Shown: piece after piece, positions 1-9,025 of the stretch
How the letters are laid out: every line of letters begins with the position of its first letter
How positions within the stretch are numbered: position 1 is the stretch's first letter
NCBI GenBank assembly: GCA_018399745.1
Contig: JAGYNZ010000013.1
Location: forward strand, 65 to 64,064
Source: Deltaproteobacteria bacterium
GTDB lineage: Bacteria; Desulfobacterota; Dissulfuribacteria; Dissulfuribacterales; UBA3076
Direction of reading: 5' to 3'
Length of the DNA stretch: 64,000 nucleotides
The notes under the pieces: model-generated
What the model was told of the DNA's origin: nothing
What the model saw: the letters and a program-made list of their open reading frames with translations, nothing else
The model's database searches: none
Translations under genes and position numbers: made by a program

Positions 1-147
1 TAAACGAAGCCACTGATATCTCATTGTCCTCCCGGGACTGATCCCTTTTTCGTCTTTCCCTGAACTGAGACTGTTTCTTTTCTTGTTAGCAGGGGCAAGT
101 TCCCCCATATTAATTTCCTTATTTATTTCCTTTAAATAATATCCATC

Positions 148-1179
148 TTAAATATCAGGAAATGGAAGCCTTGAGTAGACATCAGCATCTTTCTTCAGCA
201 AAATCCCGGCCTTTATCTGATGATAACCAGCCAAGGCAACCATTGCGGCATTATCCGTGCACAGTTCAGGGTATGGGAAATAGGCCTTACAGCCAAGCCT
301 TCTTGTCTCCTCGGCCATTCTGGCTCGAAGTCTGGAGTTGGTCGCAACCCCTCCTGTAACTGCTATACTGCGTATATCATAGTTTTTTGCAGCAAATAAG
401 GTCTTTTCCACAAGCACGTCAACAACTGCCTCTTGAAACGAGGCACAGATATCCTCAACAGGTAGCGGGCCTTGACCGGCCAATTTCCTTACCGAGGTCA
501 AAACAGCGGTCTTAAGACCACTGAAGCTGAAATCAAGAGGCGTTTGGGGGAGTTTTGCCCTTGGATAAGAAAAGGCACATGGATCTCCTCCTTCAGCAAG
601 TTCACTGATTATAGGGCCCCCTGGATATTCAAGACCGAGCATCTTGGCCACTTTATCAAAGGCCTCACCTGCCGCATCGTCTCTGGTCTGGCCCAGGAGA
701 TCTGCTGAAAGGAAGCTGTTCACAGCATAGAGGTTTGTGTGGCCACCGGACACCACAAGACCTAGAAAGGGAAATGAGGGAACGTCCTCGCACAGGAAAA
801 CGGAAGAGAGATGTGCATGAAGGTGATTTACGCCTGTCAGGGGAATATCACAGGCCATTGCCATGGCCTTGGCAAAGGACAGTCCGACAACCAAAGAGCC
901 CACCAGTCCGGGACCCTGGGTAACCGCTATGGCATCTATTGCTGACCTGTCTGTTTTTGCGTCCAGAAGTGCCTTTTCCACAATCCTTACTATGTCTTCA
1001 AGATGGTGTCTTGAAGCCAATTCAGGAACGACTCCCCAGTATTCCTTGTGGATATGCACCTGAGATGCCACCACATTGCTCATCAACTGCCGGCCATCCC
1101 TCAGGACCGCGGCTGCGGTTTCATCGCAGGATGTCTCTATGGCAAGAAGATTTCTAGAATTTAATTTGCATTTAGTCAT
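148..1179 (-). CDS. tsaD: tRNA N6-adenosine threonylcarbamoyltransferase TsaD (Kae1/Gcp family)
   Basis: 343-aa ORF. Has N-terminal LLAIETSCDETAAAV, the metal-binding NHLHAHL motif and a C-terminal TGGVATNSRLR motif, all typical of TsaD. Confidence 0.9.
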   Translation of the reverse strand: MTKCKLNSRNLLAIETSCDETAAAVLRDGRQLMSNVVASQVHIHKEYWGVVPELASRHHLEDIVRIVEKALLDAKTDRSAIDAIAVTQGPGLVGSLVVGLSFAKAMAMACDIPLTGVNHLHAHLSSVFLCEDVPSFPFLGLVVSGGHTNLYAVNSFLSADLLGQTRDDAAGEAFDKVAKMLGLEYPGGPIISELAEGGDPCAFSYPRAKLPQTPLDFSFSGLKTAVLTSVRKLAGQGPLPVEDICASFQEAVVDVLVEKTLFAAKNYDIRSIAVTGGVATNSRLRARMAEETRRLGCKAYFPYPELCTDNAAMVALAGYHQIKAGILLKKDADVYSRLPFPDI

Positions 1180-1256
1180 AAATAATCTTAAACATTAAGT
1201 AGCCTTATTGAACTTGACAGCAAGGTAAACACTATGGTATCGCTCTTCCGTTTGTA

Positions 1257-1332
1257 GCCCCCGTAGCTCAGGGGATAGAGCACAGGATTCCTAATCCTGG
1301 TGTCGCATGTTCGAATCATGCCGGGGGCACCA
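1257..1332 (+). tRNA. tRNA-Arg (anticodon CCT), CCA encoded
   Basis: Acceptor stem GCCCCCG/CGGGGGC. D-arm is AGCTCAGGGGATAGAGC. Anticodon stem CAGGA/TCCTG has loop TTCCTAA, giving anticodon CCT. T-arm has GTTCGAATC, followed by discriminator A plus CCA. Confidence 0.9.
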
Positions 1333-1352
1333 GTATACCAGGCATTAAGAGG

Positions 1353-2384
1353 TCACTTGCACCCCTGCTGTTTTTTCCTGTGTATAAGTATCTGATATGC
1401 CTGTTGCAGCGCTATAAATGCCTCGTGGCCTCCTCCCTTGTCAGGATGCATCTCCTTGGCCTTGCGTCTGAACAGGAAAATAAATTCCTTCCTTCCCATG
1501 CGCGAAAATTCATTGGCGCTTATCCCCATTGCCTTAAAATGCTTTTTATCTGAGGATTTTGCAGGGGGCTGCCATACCCTTCTGTCTCCCTTCGTTCTGT
1601 ATCCGGCACTGGTATAAGTAACTGGCCGCCTATACAGAATATCAAAGTACTGGATCAGATATTTTCGCAGATAAGGATGAATGCCCTTTGTCTCCCAGGG
1701 AACTGCACCTTGGTCTAAAAAAGTGGAATCCCGGTCAAGCCTGCAGATCTCTTCCAGCAGGTATTTATCTATGAGTTCAAGATCCTGAGCATCCGGAAGA
1801 AAACGTGTAAGTCTGGGGGCAAAACGCCGGGGAATATCAAATATGGCATACAGGTAATTTTTTTTCTCGGGTAGACTGAGCATAAATTCCATCTCTTCAA
1901 TTACCTGTTCGATTTCGTCTCTGGATTTGTTGAGTAGTATATTAAAAAAGGGCAGTGGCTGGTTTGACAGGTCCTCTATATTGGTATGACAGAATTTTAA
2001 AAAGCACATTCTTCTCCGGTCAAAAGGATGGATGTCTCTCTGCATGACTTCAAGCTCTGCCTTGCCGTATCTGCGCCTTTTAGCCCCGCGTTTATCAAAT
2101 TGTTCCATGATTCTGCGAATTTCAGGTTCCAGAAAGGGCATAAATATCTCCTCCAGCTCCTCGTCATTATAAGCAACACCCTGGGAGGAAATGGCTTCCT
2201 CCACAGCGGGGTCAATATAGAACGCCCTGTCCCCTACATAGACTATATATTTTTCAGGATCGTATCCCAGATTAAACAGGCTTTTGTTAAGCCAGGCACC
2301 TGACTCAGTCTGATAGGAATGCCTGATGAAATATTTTATGCTACTGTCTTTCTGATGCTGCCTTACTAGATACATAATGCTCAC
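1353..2384 (-). CDS. Protein with a C-terminal J domain (DnaJ-like, HPD motif) and an N-terminal region of about 270 aa with unknown function
   Basis: 343-aa ORF. The C-terminus FRRKAKEMHPDKGGGHEAFIALQQAYQIL matches J-domain helix II, the HPD loop and helix III. I recognise no domain in the rest. Confidence 0.6.
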   Translation of the reverse strand: MSIMYLVRQHQKDSSIKYFIRHSYQTESGAWLNKSLFNLGYDPEKYIVYVGDRAFYIDPAVEEAISSQGVAYNDEELEEIFMPFLEPEIRRIMEQFDKRGAKRRRYGKAELEVMQRDIHPFDRRRMCFLKFCHTNIEDLSNQPLPFFNILLNKSRDEIEQVIEEMEFMLSLPEKKNYLYAIFDIPRRFAPRLTRFLPDAQDLELIDKYLLEEICRLDRDSTFLDQGAVPWETKGIHPYLRKYLIQYFDILYRRPVTYTSAGYRTKGDRRVWQPPAKSSDKKHFKAMGISANEFSRMGRKEFIFLFRRKAKEMHPDKGGGHEAFIALQQAYQILIHRKKQQGCK

Positions 2385-2517
2385 CTTGTATTATTAGATT
2401 CGAAACCTATAAACAATATAATCTTGATTAAACCTCCTTACAGTATCTATATACTATAACCTAGTGTCTTGAGAGAACATAGGTCCTGGAGTGCACTGAT
2501 CTGTCTTTCGCATTTTT

Positions 2518-3000
2518 TTACATATGGAAAACCTGTTCATCGGAAAATTCACGGCCAGATTTCATCTCGGAGACATCCCTACCCAATTTCTTATACAGTG
2601 CCACGTCCCGTGCAAGCATGGAATATTTATGTTGGCTCCATAATTGCTGCGCGTTTTTCGGCAGTGGTATGCGGCCCTGCTCCTTATTGTGATATTTGGA
2701 TTTCAGTATTTGAAACTGCTGAAAGGGCTCATCGATATATGCTTCGGGCCAGACGCCCTCGTTGTCGCGTATAACAACAGGGGACTTGTCGGTAACACCT
2801 CTCAGCGACATTTCAGCTACCAGTAGCTGGTGACGTTGTCTCAGGGCCCAGCAATAACCGATCCACCAAACAGTCTCCGGGTGGTTTGAATAGCCCTTCT
2901 TCTTGTTTACAATAATCGAAACGATTGCGTGCAGATCTCGGTTCTCACCCGGCAGACTGTGCCGATTCAGATATCCCGGATTTATATCCCACACTCGCAC
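2518..3000 (-). CDS. Pyrimidine-dimer DNA glycosylase / endonuclease V-like protein (Pyr_excise family, PF03013-like)
   Basis: 160-aa ORF. The N-terminus MRVWDINPGYLNRHSLPGENRDLHAIVSIIVNKKKGYSNHPET follows the bacterial MRxWxxHPxYLxxxxLxGExRExxxI...KGYxxHPE pattern of this family, as I recall it. Confidence 0.55.
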   Translation of the reverse strand: MRVWDINPGYLNRHSLPGENRDLHAIVSIIVNKKKGYSNHPETVWWIGYCWALRQRHQLLVAEMSLRGVTDKSPVVIRDNEGVWPEAYIDEPFQQFQILKSKYHNKEQGRIPLPKNAQQLWSQHKYSMLARDVALYKKLGRDVSEMKSGREFSDEQVFHM

Positions 3001-3157
3001 TATAAATACTTATAAGGGCATTCAAAATGTTATACTACCAGACTGCCATTACTACTTCAACCTACTCATTTATCTCAGTATTTTAAATAATTTATAGTTG
3101 AACGGTCAAAATTCAACTGGCTGTTTGTAACTGTATAGTCTAAAATTCATAACAACC

Positions 3158-3282
3158 CTATGGTATAAGAACTGGGACGGCTGTGTTATTATGGCAAATT
3201 CAAAAAATCTCATACGTATGTAACGATCGAGTAGGCAAATATGTTGCCTTTCGCATATAAAATAGAAATTCTTATACCATAG
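3158..3282. repeat. 14-bp perfect inverted repeat pair separated by 97 nt
   Basis: CTATGGTATAAGAA (3158..3171) pairs with TTCTTATACCATAG (3269..3282). The spacer holds the palindrome CATACGTATG (3211..3220) and the hairpin AGGCAA-N5-TTGCCT (3233..3249). Confidence 0.6.
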
Positions 3283-3362
3283 AGCTGAACGAGTTTGATT
3301 CATTGGGGGTCACCTTTGCAGTGTGCCCGGACTGGCTTGTTCAAGAGACCAGGGGTTTTAAT

Positions 3363-4130
3363 ATGAAATTCCGGCCGTGTATTGATCTCCATAAAGGCAA
3401 AGTCAAGCAGATTGTAGGATCTACACTTAGTGATGACAATCCAGAGGCCCTCAGGGAAAATTATGTAGCTGACAAGCCCTCATCTTATTATGCACGACTT
3501 TTCCGAAACGACGGCCTCACCGGTGGGCACATGATTATGCTGGGGCCGGGGAATGAGACCGCGGCCACAGAAGGCCTTTCTGCATGGCCGAATGGCCTGC
3601 AGATAGGCGGCGGGATCACTTCGTACAGCGCTGGATACTGGCTGGATAAGGGGGCGGCGGCCATTATTGTGACTTCATATGTCTTTAGGAACGGCACAAT
3701 AGATGAAGAACGGCTTAAGAAACTTGTTGGATTTGCAGGTAAGAATCGGCTTGTTCTGGACCTGAGCTGCAGGAAAAAGGATAAGGACTATTATATTGTC
3801 ACTGACAGGTGGCAACGATTTACCGATGTAACCATTTCTCCGAAAACCCTTGATTATTTCTCAAAGTACTGCTTTGAGTTTTTGATTCATGCGGCAGACG
3901 TGGAGGGAAAATGCAGGGGGATAGAGGAGGATCTTGTAAGGCTTTTGGGGCAGTGGACTCCCGTCCCTGCCACTTATGCCGGAGGTGCCCGTTCCATAAA
4001 AGATCTTTACCTGGTGAAGGAACTGGGTCAGGACAGGTTGGATCTCACCATCGGAAGCGCGCTGGATATCTTTGGAGGTGACGGGGTTACCTATGACGAA
4101 GTGGTGGCTTTTAACAGGAGAGCAGCTTGA
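3363..4130 (+). CDS. hisA: ProFAR isomerase HisA, eukaryotic HIS6 type
   Basis: MKFRPCIDLHKGKVKQIVGSTL..., LDLSCRKK, EFLIHAADVEGKCRGIEEDL and SALDIFGG align closely along the full length with yeast His6 as I remember it. Start moved to the internal ATG at 3363 (track ORF begins at 3303). Confidence 0.85.
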   Translation: MKFRPCIDLHKGKVKQIVGSTLSDDNPEALRENYVADKPSSYYARLFRNDGLTGGHMIMLGPGNETAATEGLSAWPNGLQIGGGITSYSAGYWLDKGAAAIIVTSYVFRNGTIDEERLKKLVGFAGKNRLVLDLSCRKKDKDYYIVTDRWQRFTDVTISPKTLDYFSKYCFEFLIHAADVEGKCRGIEEDLVRLLGQWTPVPATYAGGARSIKDLYLVKELGQDRLDLTIGSALDIFGGDGVTYDEVVAFNRRAA

Positions 4131-4155
4131 AAAAATTCATATTTTGTCCAATGGC

Positions 4156-4590
4156 TCAGGAAAAAAGGTCCCAGGCAATTGCTGCGAGAGAACACACAAA
4201 AATGACCAGATAATTCCATCTTTCTTTTGATGAATGGATGCTCGATACCAGATAATGCAATGCGTGGAAATCTTCAGAACATAATTGGCACTTTTGTTGA
4301 AGTTTATTTATAAGGCCCAGTTCTGTTATTAGTCTGCGTCTTCTATGAGTTATGTAGGACCTGAAAAGGAAAAAGACCATGTTTCCGCACACCCCTATGT
4401 ACCAGAAGACCCTGACAAGTTCAGGCTGATATGCCTTGGCAATGAGGATCAGACGAAGTGAGATGGCTCCCGTCAGCCCTATCCCGAATGCCAGCCAGGT
4501 TACCCATTCCGGATAAGATGTGGGTACCTTGGATAAGCCGTTATTTGTATAATGAGAATTATCTGCGTTGCTGGACCTTAATGTATCCAT
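4156..4590 (-). CDS. Hypothetical membrane protein
   Basis: 144-aa ORF with about 3 hydrophobic segments and an RRRR loop. No recognised family. Confidence 0.45.
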   Translation of the reverse strand: MDTLRSSNADNSHYTNNGLSKVPTSYPEWVTWLAFGIGLTGAISLRLILIAKAYQPELVRVFWYIGVCGNMVFFLFRSYITHRRRRLITELGLINKLQQKCQLCSEDFHALHYLVSSIHSSKERWNYLVIFVCSLAAIAWDLFS

Positions 4591-5524
4591 GAAAAGCTAC
4601 TCTAATGATTTTAAGGGGCAAGGACAACTGAATACCCATATTAGACCCGAATACCCGTGTGCAGATCCCGGTGAGTTACAACACTGGGTGGAGTACCTTT
4701 CACTTGAAATTGGTCCTCGTCCCTGTTCTTCGCCAAAGCTTCTTAGAAAAGTAGCCGACCGTCTTTCGGGCAGTTTTAAAGGCTTGGGCTATAATGTGGA
4801 TGAGCAGCTTTATTACTACAAAGGGGAAACATACTGCAATATATGCGCCTCCCCCAAAACAGAAAAGATCAAACAGGACTCTGTGCCATTGCTTGTGGTT
4901 GGAGCCCATTATGATACGGTATCATGTTCTCCGGGAGCGGATGACAATGCAAGTGGAATAGCCGGTATCATGGAATTGGCCCGATTGATCTCGAGAGATC
5001 CACCACCTGGCATAAGGCTGGTTGCCTTTGCCCTTGAGGAACCACCTGTCTTCAGAACACGATATATGGGGAGTTTTGTTTACGCCCGCGGCCTTAAGCG
5101 TAGCAAGGCATCCCTTAGAGGCATGATATGTCTCGATATGATAGGATATTTCAGTGATCGTCCTAAAAGCCAATCGTTCCCCCTTTTTTTCATGGATCGA
5201 TTTTATCCAAATATCGGAAATTTTATCGCCCTTGTCGGGAATACGAAGTCTGCAAAATGGACCAAGGAGGTGAAGGATGCCTTTATCCGGGGTACTGACC
5301 TGCCGACAGAGAGCTTGAACGCCCCGACGATAGTTGTGGGCATAGATTTTTCAGATCACCGGTCATTTAATCGATTCGGTTACCCCGCTCTCTTGGTTAC
5401 AGATACAGCCTTCTATCGCAACCGCAACTATCATCGCCCATCTGATATGCCTAAGACCCTGGATTATCAAAGGGCGGCCAAGGTGGTAGACGGCCTGGCC
5501 TGTGCGGTCAGGACTTTGGCATAA
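4568..5524 (+). CDS. M28 family zinc peptidase
   Basis: VVGAHYDTVSCSPGADDNASGIAGIMELARL and the later ALEEPP and DHRSF motifs are typical of M28 aminopeptidases. The start is uncertain because the ORF overlaps the upstream gene by 23 nt. Confidence 0.75.
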   Translation: MLDLNVSMKSYSNDFKGQGQLNTHIRPEYPCADPGELQHWVEYLSLEIGPRPCSSPKLLRKVADRLSGSFKGLGYNVDEQLYYYKGETYCNICASPKTEKIKQDSVPLLVVGAHYDTVSCSPGADDNASGIAGIMELARLISRDPPPGIRLVAFALEEPPVFRTRYMGSFVYARGLKRSKASLRGMICLDMIGYFSDRPKSQSFPLFFMDRFYPNIGNFIALVGNTKSAKWTKEVKDAFIRGTDLPTESLNAPTIVVGIDFSDHRSFNRFGYPALLVTDTAFYRNRNYHRPSDMPKTLDYQRAAKVVDGLACAVRTLA

Positions 5525-5639
5525 TGGCAAACATCTGTCCGTATGCATGGTCGCCAGTTCGAAACTCAGGGCATTTGTCCCAATCGGAGCAATAGAGTAT
5601 TGAATAGAGTATAAAAAATGATGGGTAGGGAGGTTTTGA

Positions 5640-6494
5640 GTGAGCTTTGACGTAATAATCGTCAATTACAATTGCTACGAGGCACTAAGCAGCTGCCTGT
5701 CAGGACTTGAGAAATGGGAGCCGGCAAAGATTAATACCATCTATGTGGTAGACAACAGTCGAAAGCCTGTCTCTCATGACATGGTAAGGCGATTTCCTAA
5801 AGTTATATGGCTGGCAAATAGTAAAAATGTTGGTTTTGCCGCCGCGGTCAACCATGCACTGGCCAAGGCAACTGCACCATATGTGTGTCTTTTGAACCCG
5901 GATGCCGTAATATCCGGACCTTTATGGGGACCTCTTGAGGAATGGCTGAAAAAGAATGCGCAAGTGGGCATTGTAGGCCCAAAAATATTAGATGCTGACG
6001 GCTCTGTCCAGGGCTCCGCCAGAGCCTTTCCCTCCCTTTCCACAGCCTTTTTCGGAAGGACTTCTCTGATTTCACGTCTCTGGCCAGATAATCATTTTAC
6101 CAGAAAAAATATTCTGTCAGCTCCATCTCTGAGCAAACCCATAAGTGTGGATTGGGTCTCCGGGGCATGCATGATAGTGAAGCGTTCCGCAGTGAAAGAT
6201 GTCGGAACCATGGATCAGAGATTCTTTTTGTATTGGGAAGACTGTGACTGGTGTATAAGATTTAGATGTGCAGGATGGAAGGTGATCTATCATCCAGAAA
6301 TCGGGCCCGTTATCCACCACGCAGGACAGGCCAGCAAGAATGCCAGGTGGCTGGCTCTTTATCACTTTCACAGGAGCGCGGTTCTTCTCTATTGGAAATA
6401 TGATCGTACACCAGCAAGGATCGGCTCTCTTATAGCCTTGGCAGGAGCAACATTAAGATTTGCCGCAATGGGACTAAAGTTGGCATTAAGTTGA
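5640..6494 (+). CDS. Glycosyltransferase family 2
   Basis: FDVIIVNYNCYEALSSCL, VVDNSR, NVGFAAAVN and LLNPDAV are typical GT2 (rhamnosyltransferase-like) motifs. Confidence 0.8.
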   Translation: MSFDVIIVNYNCYEALSSCLSGLEKWEPAKINTIYVVDNSRKPVSHDMVRRFPKVIWLANSKNVGFAAAVNHALAKATAPYVCLLNPDAVISGPLWGPLEEWLKKNAQVGIVGPKILDADGSVQGSARAFPSLSTAFFGRTSLISRLWPDNHFTRKNILSAPSLSKPISVDWVSGACMIVKRSAVKDVGTMDQRFFLYWEDCDWCIRFRCAGWKVIYHPEIGPVIHHAGQASKNARWLALYHFHRSAVLLYWKYDRTPARIGSLIALAGATLRFAAMGLKLALS

Positions 6495-6501
6495 ATTATC
6501 C

Positions 6502-7242
6502 TCACCTGTCATCAAAAACGGGGTCGGGGTCTTTTCCAAACCACCTGGCGAGCAGTATTCCAGCCTCGTAAACACCTAATAGCGGCAGAAAAATAAGTAT
6601 TTGTGAAAACACATCTGTTGGTACAAGCAGCGCGGCCAATATGTATAGAGCTATGTAACTGGCCTTTCTGTGTTTTGAAAAATATTCCTTGGAAACAATA
6701 CCATGGCGGTCGGCCAGTGCCATAATGAATGGAATTTCGAAAACCAGACCAAAAGTAAAGATGGCCTTGAGGGAAAAAATCAAATAGTTTTGTAGCCGTG
6801 GCATTGCCTCCAGGCCCTGGTTTGCAAAACCTAAAGAAATGGAAAATGCAACGGGCATTATGATCCAGTAACTAAAAAGACCTCCTGAGACAAACAGGCA
6901 TATACCCCAGAACATGAAGCCTTTTGTAAATTTTTTTTCTTTATCATACAGGCCCGGAGCTACAAACATCCATGCCTGATATAAGATCATCGGGGTGGAA
7001 AGAATGACAGCGCCCCAGAAGGCAACTTTGAGATAGGTCATAAAACCTTCCGTAAGCGCTGTAAATACCAGAGAACTACCATGGGGCAGGGCCTGATTAA
7101 CAGGATAAAACAGTATGTCGACAAGGAAATCAGAGAGCGCATAGCAGAGTGCAAAAGCCGCTGCCATAAAGATAAAACAGTTTATCAGTCGACGCCTGAA
7201 TTCCTCAAGATGTGCCTTAAAGGGAAGAGGCTCAAAAGACAT
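6502..7242 (-). CDS. tatC: Twin-arginine translocase subunit TatC
   Basis: MSFEPLPFKAHLEEFRRRLI, six predicted TM segments and LLVPTDVFSQ match TatC. The start is set at the internal Met (M11 of track ORF 6502..7272), which aligns with the E. coli TatC N-terminus. Confidence 0.88.
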   Translation of the reverse strand: MSFEPLPFKAHLEEFRRRLINCFIFMAAAFALCYALSDFLVDILFYPVNQALPHGSSLVFTALTEGFMTYLKVAFWGAVILSTPMILYQAWMFVAPGLYDKEKKFTKGFMFWGICLFVSGGLFSYWIIMPVAFSISLGFANQGLEAMPRLQNYLIFSLKAIFTFGLVFEIPFIMALADRHGIVSKEYFSKHRKASYIALYILAALLVPTDVFSQILIFLPLLGVYEAGILLARWFGKDPDPVFDDR

Positions 7243-7358
7243 CTCGTCGACCACAGTACTTAGGATAAACATAATATTTCATGGTTTTACCATTGTAATG
7301 CGCCTGATGTCTTTTGGGTCTTTTTTCACAATTCAAAACTATCTATTGTTGGTAAATA

Positions 7359-7712
7359 TCACCTTTTCTCTTTGTCATCAGAAGACGGCGCCTTATTGCA
7401 CTCTTTTCCCACCGCTTCAGTCTGAATATCAAAATTACCGGCATTAGATTCATCTCCAACTTTCCGTTCTGAAGATAAATCTCCATTAATCATATCGCCC
7501 CAACCGGATTTCGATTTCGTACCTATCCCATTTTTTAAATCCTCCTCTAGAGACTCAATATCAAGCTCACTTTTAAGTTTCTCTGAAGCCCTTTTTAATT
7601 CCCCCATTTGGCGAGCGATTTGTCTGGCAAGCTGGGGAAGTTTATCAGGCCCCAGGATTATCAGGGCCATTGCAAAAATCAGGAGCAGTTCTGGAAGTCC
7701 TATGCCAAACAT
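7359..7712 (-). CDS. tatA: Twin-arginine translocase TatA/TatB family protein
   Basis: MFGIGLPELLLIFAMALIILGPDKLPQLAR is the canonical TatA/B TM segment plus hinge and amphipathic helix. It lies directly upstream of tatC. Confidence 0.85.
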   Translation of the reverse strand: MFGIGLPELLLIFAMALIILGPDKLPQLARQIARQMGELKRASEKLKSELDIESLEEDLKNGIGTKSKSGWGDMINGDLSSERKVGDESNAGNFDIQTEAVGKECNKAPSSDDKEKR

Positions 7713-8839
7713 TGATTATCCCTGAAGAACCTTTTGTTTCTGCTGCCGAGCAAGCAGAGTAATTCATAACTGATAGTACCGCTCCACCGCGCCAGATCTT
7801 CAGCCGTAATAATTTCCTCTCCCTGCCTTCCTAGAAGCACGACCTCCTCGCCGACATTTACTCCATCAAGCATGGAAATATCTACCATAAAGGACTTCAT
7901 ACAGATGTTCCCAACCGCGGGACAACGCCTACCCCTGATAAGGACTTCGGATCTGTTAGACATGGACCGCAGGTATCCGTCACCATAACCAACGGGTACG
8001 ACAGCTATCCTGGAAGATCTTTTGGTATAAAAGGTATGACCGTAGCTCACCGGTGATCTTTCAACCAGTTTGTTTATTCCGATGATTTTACTGCAAAAAC
8101 TCATAGCGGGTCGCAGTTCAATGCCTTTTTGACTTTGAGGACCGGGATATGAACCATAAATTGCCAGTCCCGGCCGGACGAGATCATAATGGGTAGAGGG
8201 AAAATTGATCAAACCGGCCGAATTGGCCAAATGAACGGTTGGGGGTTTCCATCCGATGTCTTTTACCTGATCTAAAACCGATGCAAATGTGTTGAGCTGG
8301 ACCGTGTTAAATGGATCAAGGGGATTTTCTGCAGACGACAAATGAGAATACAGACCCTCAAAGTACAGATGTGGCCATCGACGACGTCCCTTAACGGCTT
8401 CATAGAGTTCATTCAGTGAAAACCCCATACGCCCCATACCTGTATCCACCTTTAGATGCACCCTGCAGGATTCATCCCTTGTTGAAGCAAGACTTTCAAG
8501 GGTGTCCAGAGAAGAAATATCGGTTATACCCGGAATAAGATCAAGGGCCATGACCTCTTTTTCTGTTCCTGGAGGCAATCCAGACAAGAACAGGATTGGG
8601 GCGGTTATCTTTCCTTCCCTCAAAGAAATCGCCTCTTCGATGTCTGATATACCAAATCCCCATACACCGGCTGATTCGAGTACTCGGCTGACTTCTAATA
8701 ATCCGTGGCCATAGGCATCTGATTTTATCACTGCCATTATACGAGCCCCTGTGATTTTCAAGAGTTCGCTGAGGACAGTGAAATTATGACTTAGAGCCGT
8801 GAGGTCTATTTCGATTCGGTTGAGATCTTTATAAGACAT
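7700..8839 (-). CDS. alr: Alanine racemase
   Basis: 379 aa. VIKSDAYGHGL is the PLP-lysine motif. Overall length and the C-terminal ISYELLCxLGxR are typical. Confidence 0.9.
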   Translation of the reverse strand: MSYKDLNRIEIDLTALSHNFTVLSELLKITGARIMAVIKSDAYGHGLLEVSRVLESAGVWGFGISDIEEAISLREGKITAPILFLSGLPPGTEKEVMALDLIPGITDISSLDTLESLASTRDESCRVHLKVDTGMGRMGFSLNELYEAVKGRRRWPHLYFEGLYSHLSSAENPLDPFNTVQLNTFASVLDQVKDIGWKPPTVHLANSAGLINFPSTHYDLVRPGLAIYGSYPGPQSQKGIELRPAMSFCSKIIGINKLVERSPVSYGHTFYTKRSSRIAVVPVGYGDGYLRSMSNRSEVLIRGRRCPAVGNICMKSFMVDISMLDGVNVGEEVVLLGRQGEEIITAEDLARWSGTISYELLCLLGSRNKRFFRDNQCLA

Positions 8840-9025
8840 GGGTGTCTTCCAGGTTTACCTTAATAAAGACAAAACTTGTAAAATAGTTTAAGCTGAACGT
8901 TGTTTATACTGTAAAAATTGATTTTGTTCAAAATATCTTGTGCTTAAATTGCGCGATTTTTAAATGGGTTTTTGTAGACACTAGCTGGAATAAAAACGGG
9001 AATACCATTTAGTAAAGGAGCCATA

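Noticed and set aside
1-108. Possible 5' part of a minus-strand gene. The ATG is at 108..106 and the frame is open to the window edge (MGELAPANKKRNSLSSGKDEKGISPGRTMRYQWLRL...).
   Set aside because: Only 36 codons are visible, with no recognisable motif. That is insufficient to call a feature.
162-1157. Several plus-strand track ORFs (162..359, 472..708, 735..923, 863..1063, 939..1157) nested in tsaD. Similar antisense or off-frame ORFs lie inside most large genes (gyrB, groEL, infB, pnp, thiC, thiDN, fumarase, glmS, comM and others).
   Set aside because: They are fully contained within well-supported genes on the other strand or frame. Their low-complexity translations have no recognisable motifs, so I treat them as shadow ORFs.
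1214-1243. TTGACA at 1214..1219 as the -35 element of a tRNA-Arg promoter.
   Set aside because: No acceptable -10 hexamer lies at 16-18 nt spacing (TATGGT at 13 nt, TATCGC at 18 nt), so no promoter was called.
3106-3303. 65-aa minus-strand ORF in the AT-rich region upstream of hisA.
   Set aside because: It has no ribosome-binding site or recognisable motif, and it overlaps the inverted-repeat element. AT-rich DNA can leave such a stop-free stretch by chance.
5554-5570. T-arm-like string CCAGTTCGAAACTCAGG after the M28 peptidase gene, as a possible tRNA or tRNA fragment.
   Set aside because: The flanking bases do not form a T-stem or any cloverleaf. It is probably a chance occurrence of TTCGAA.
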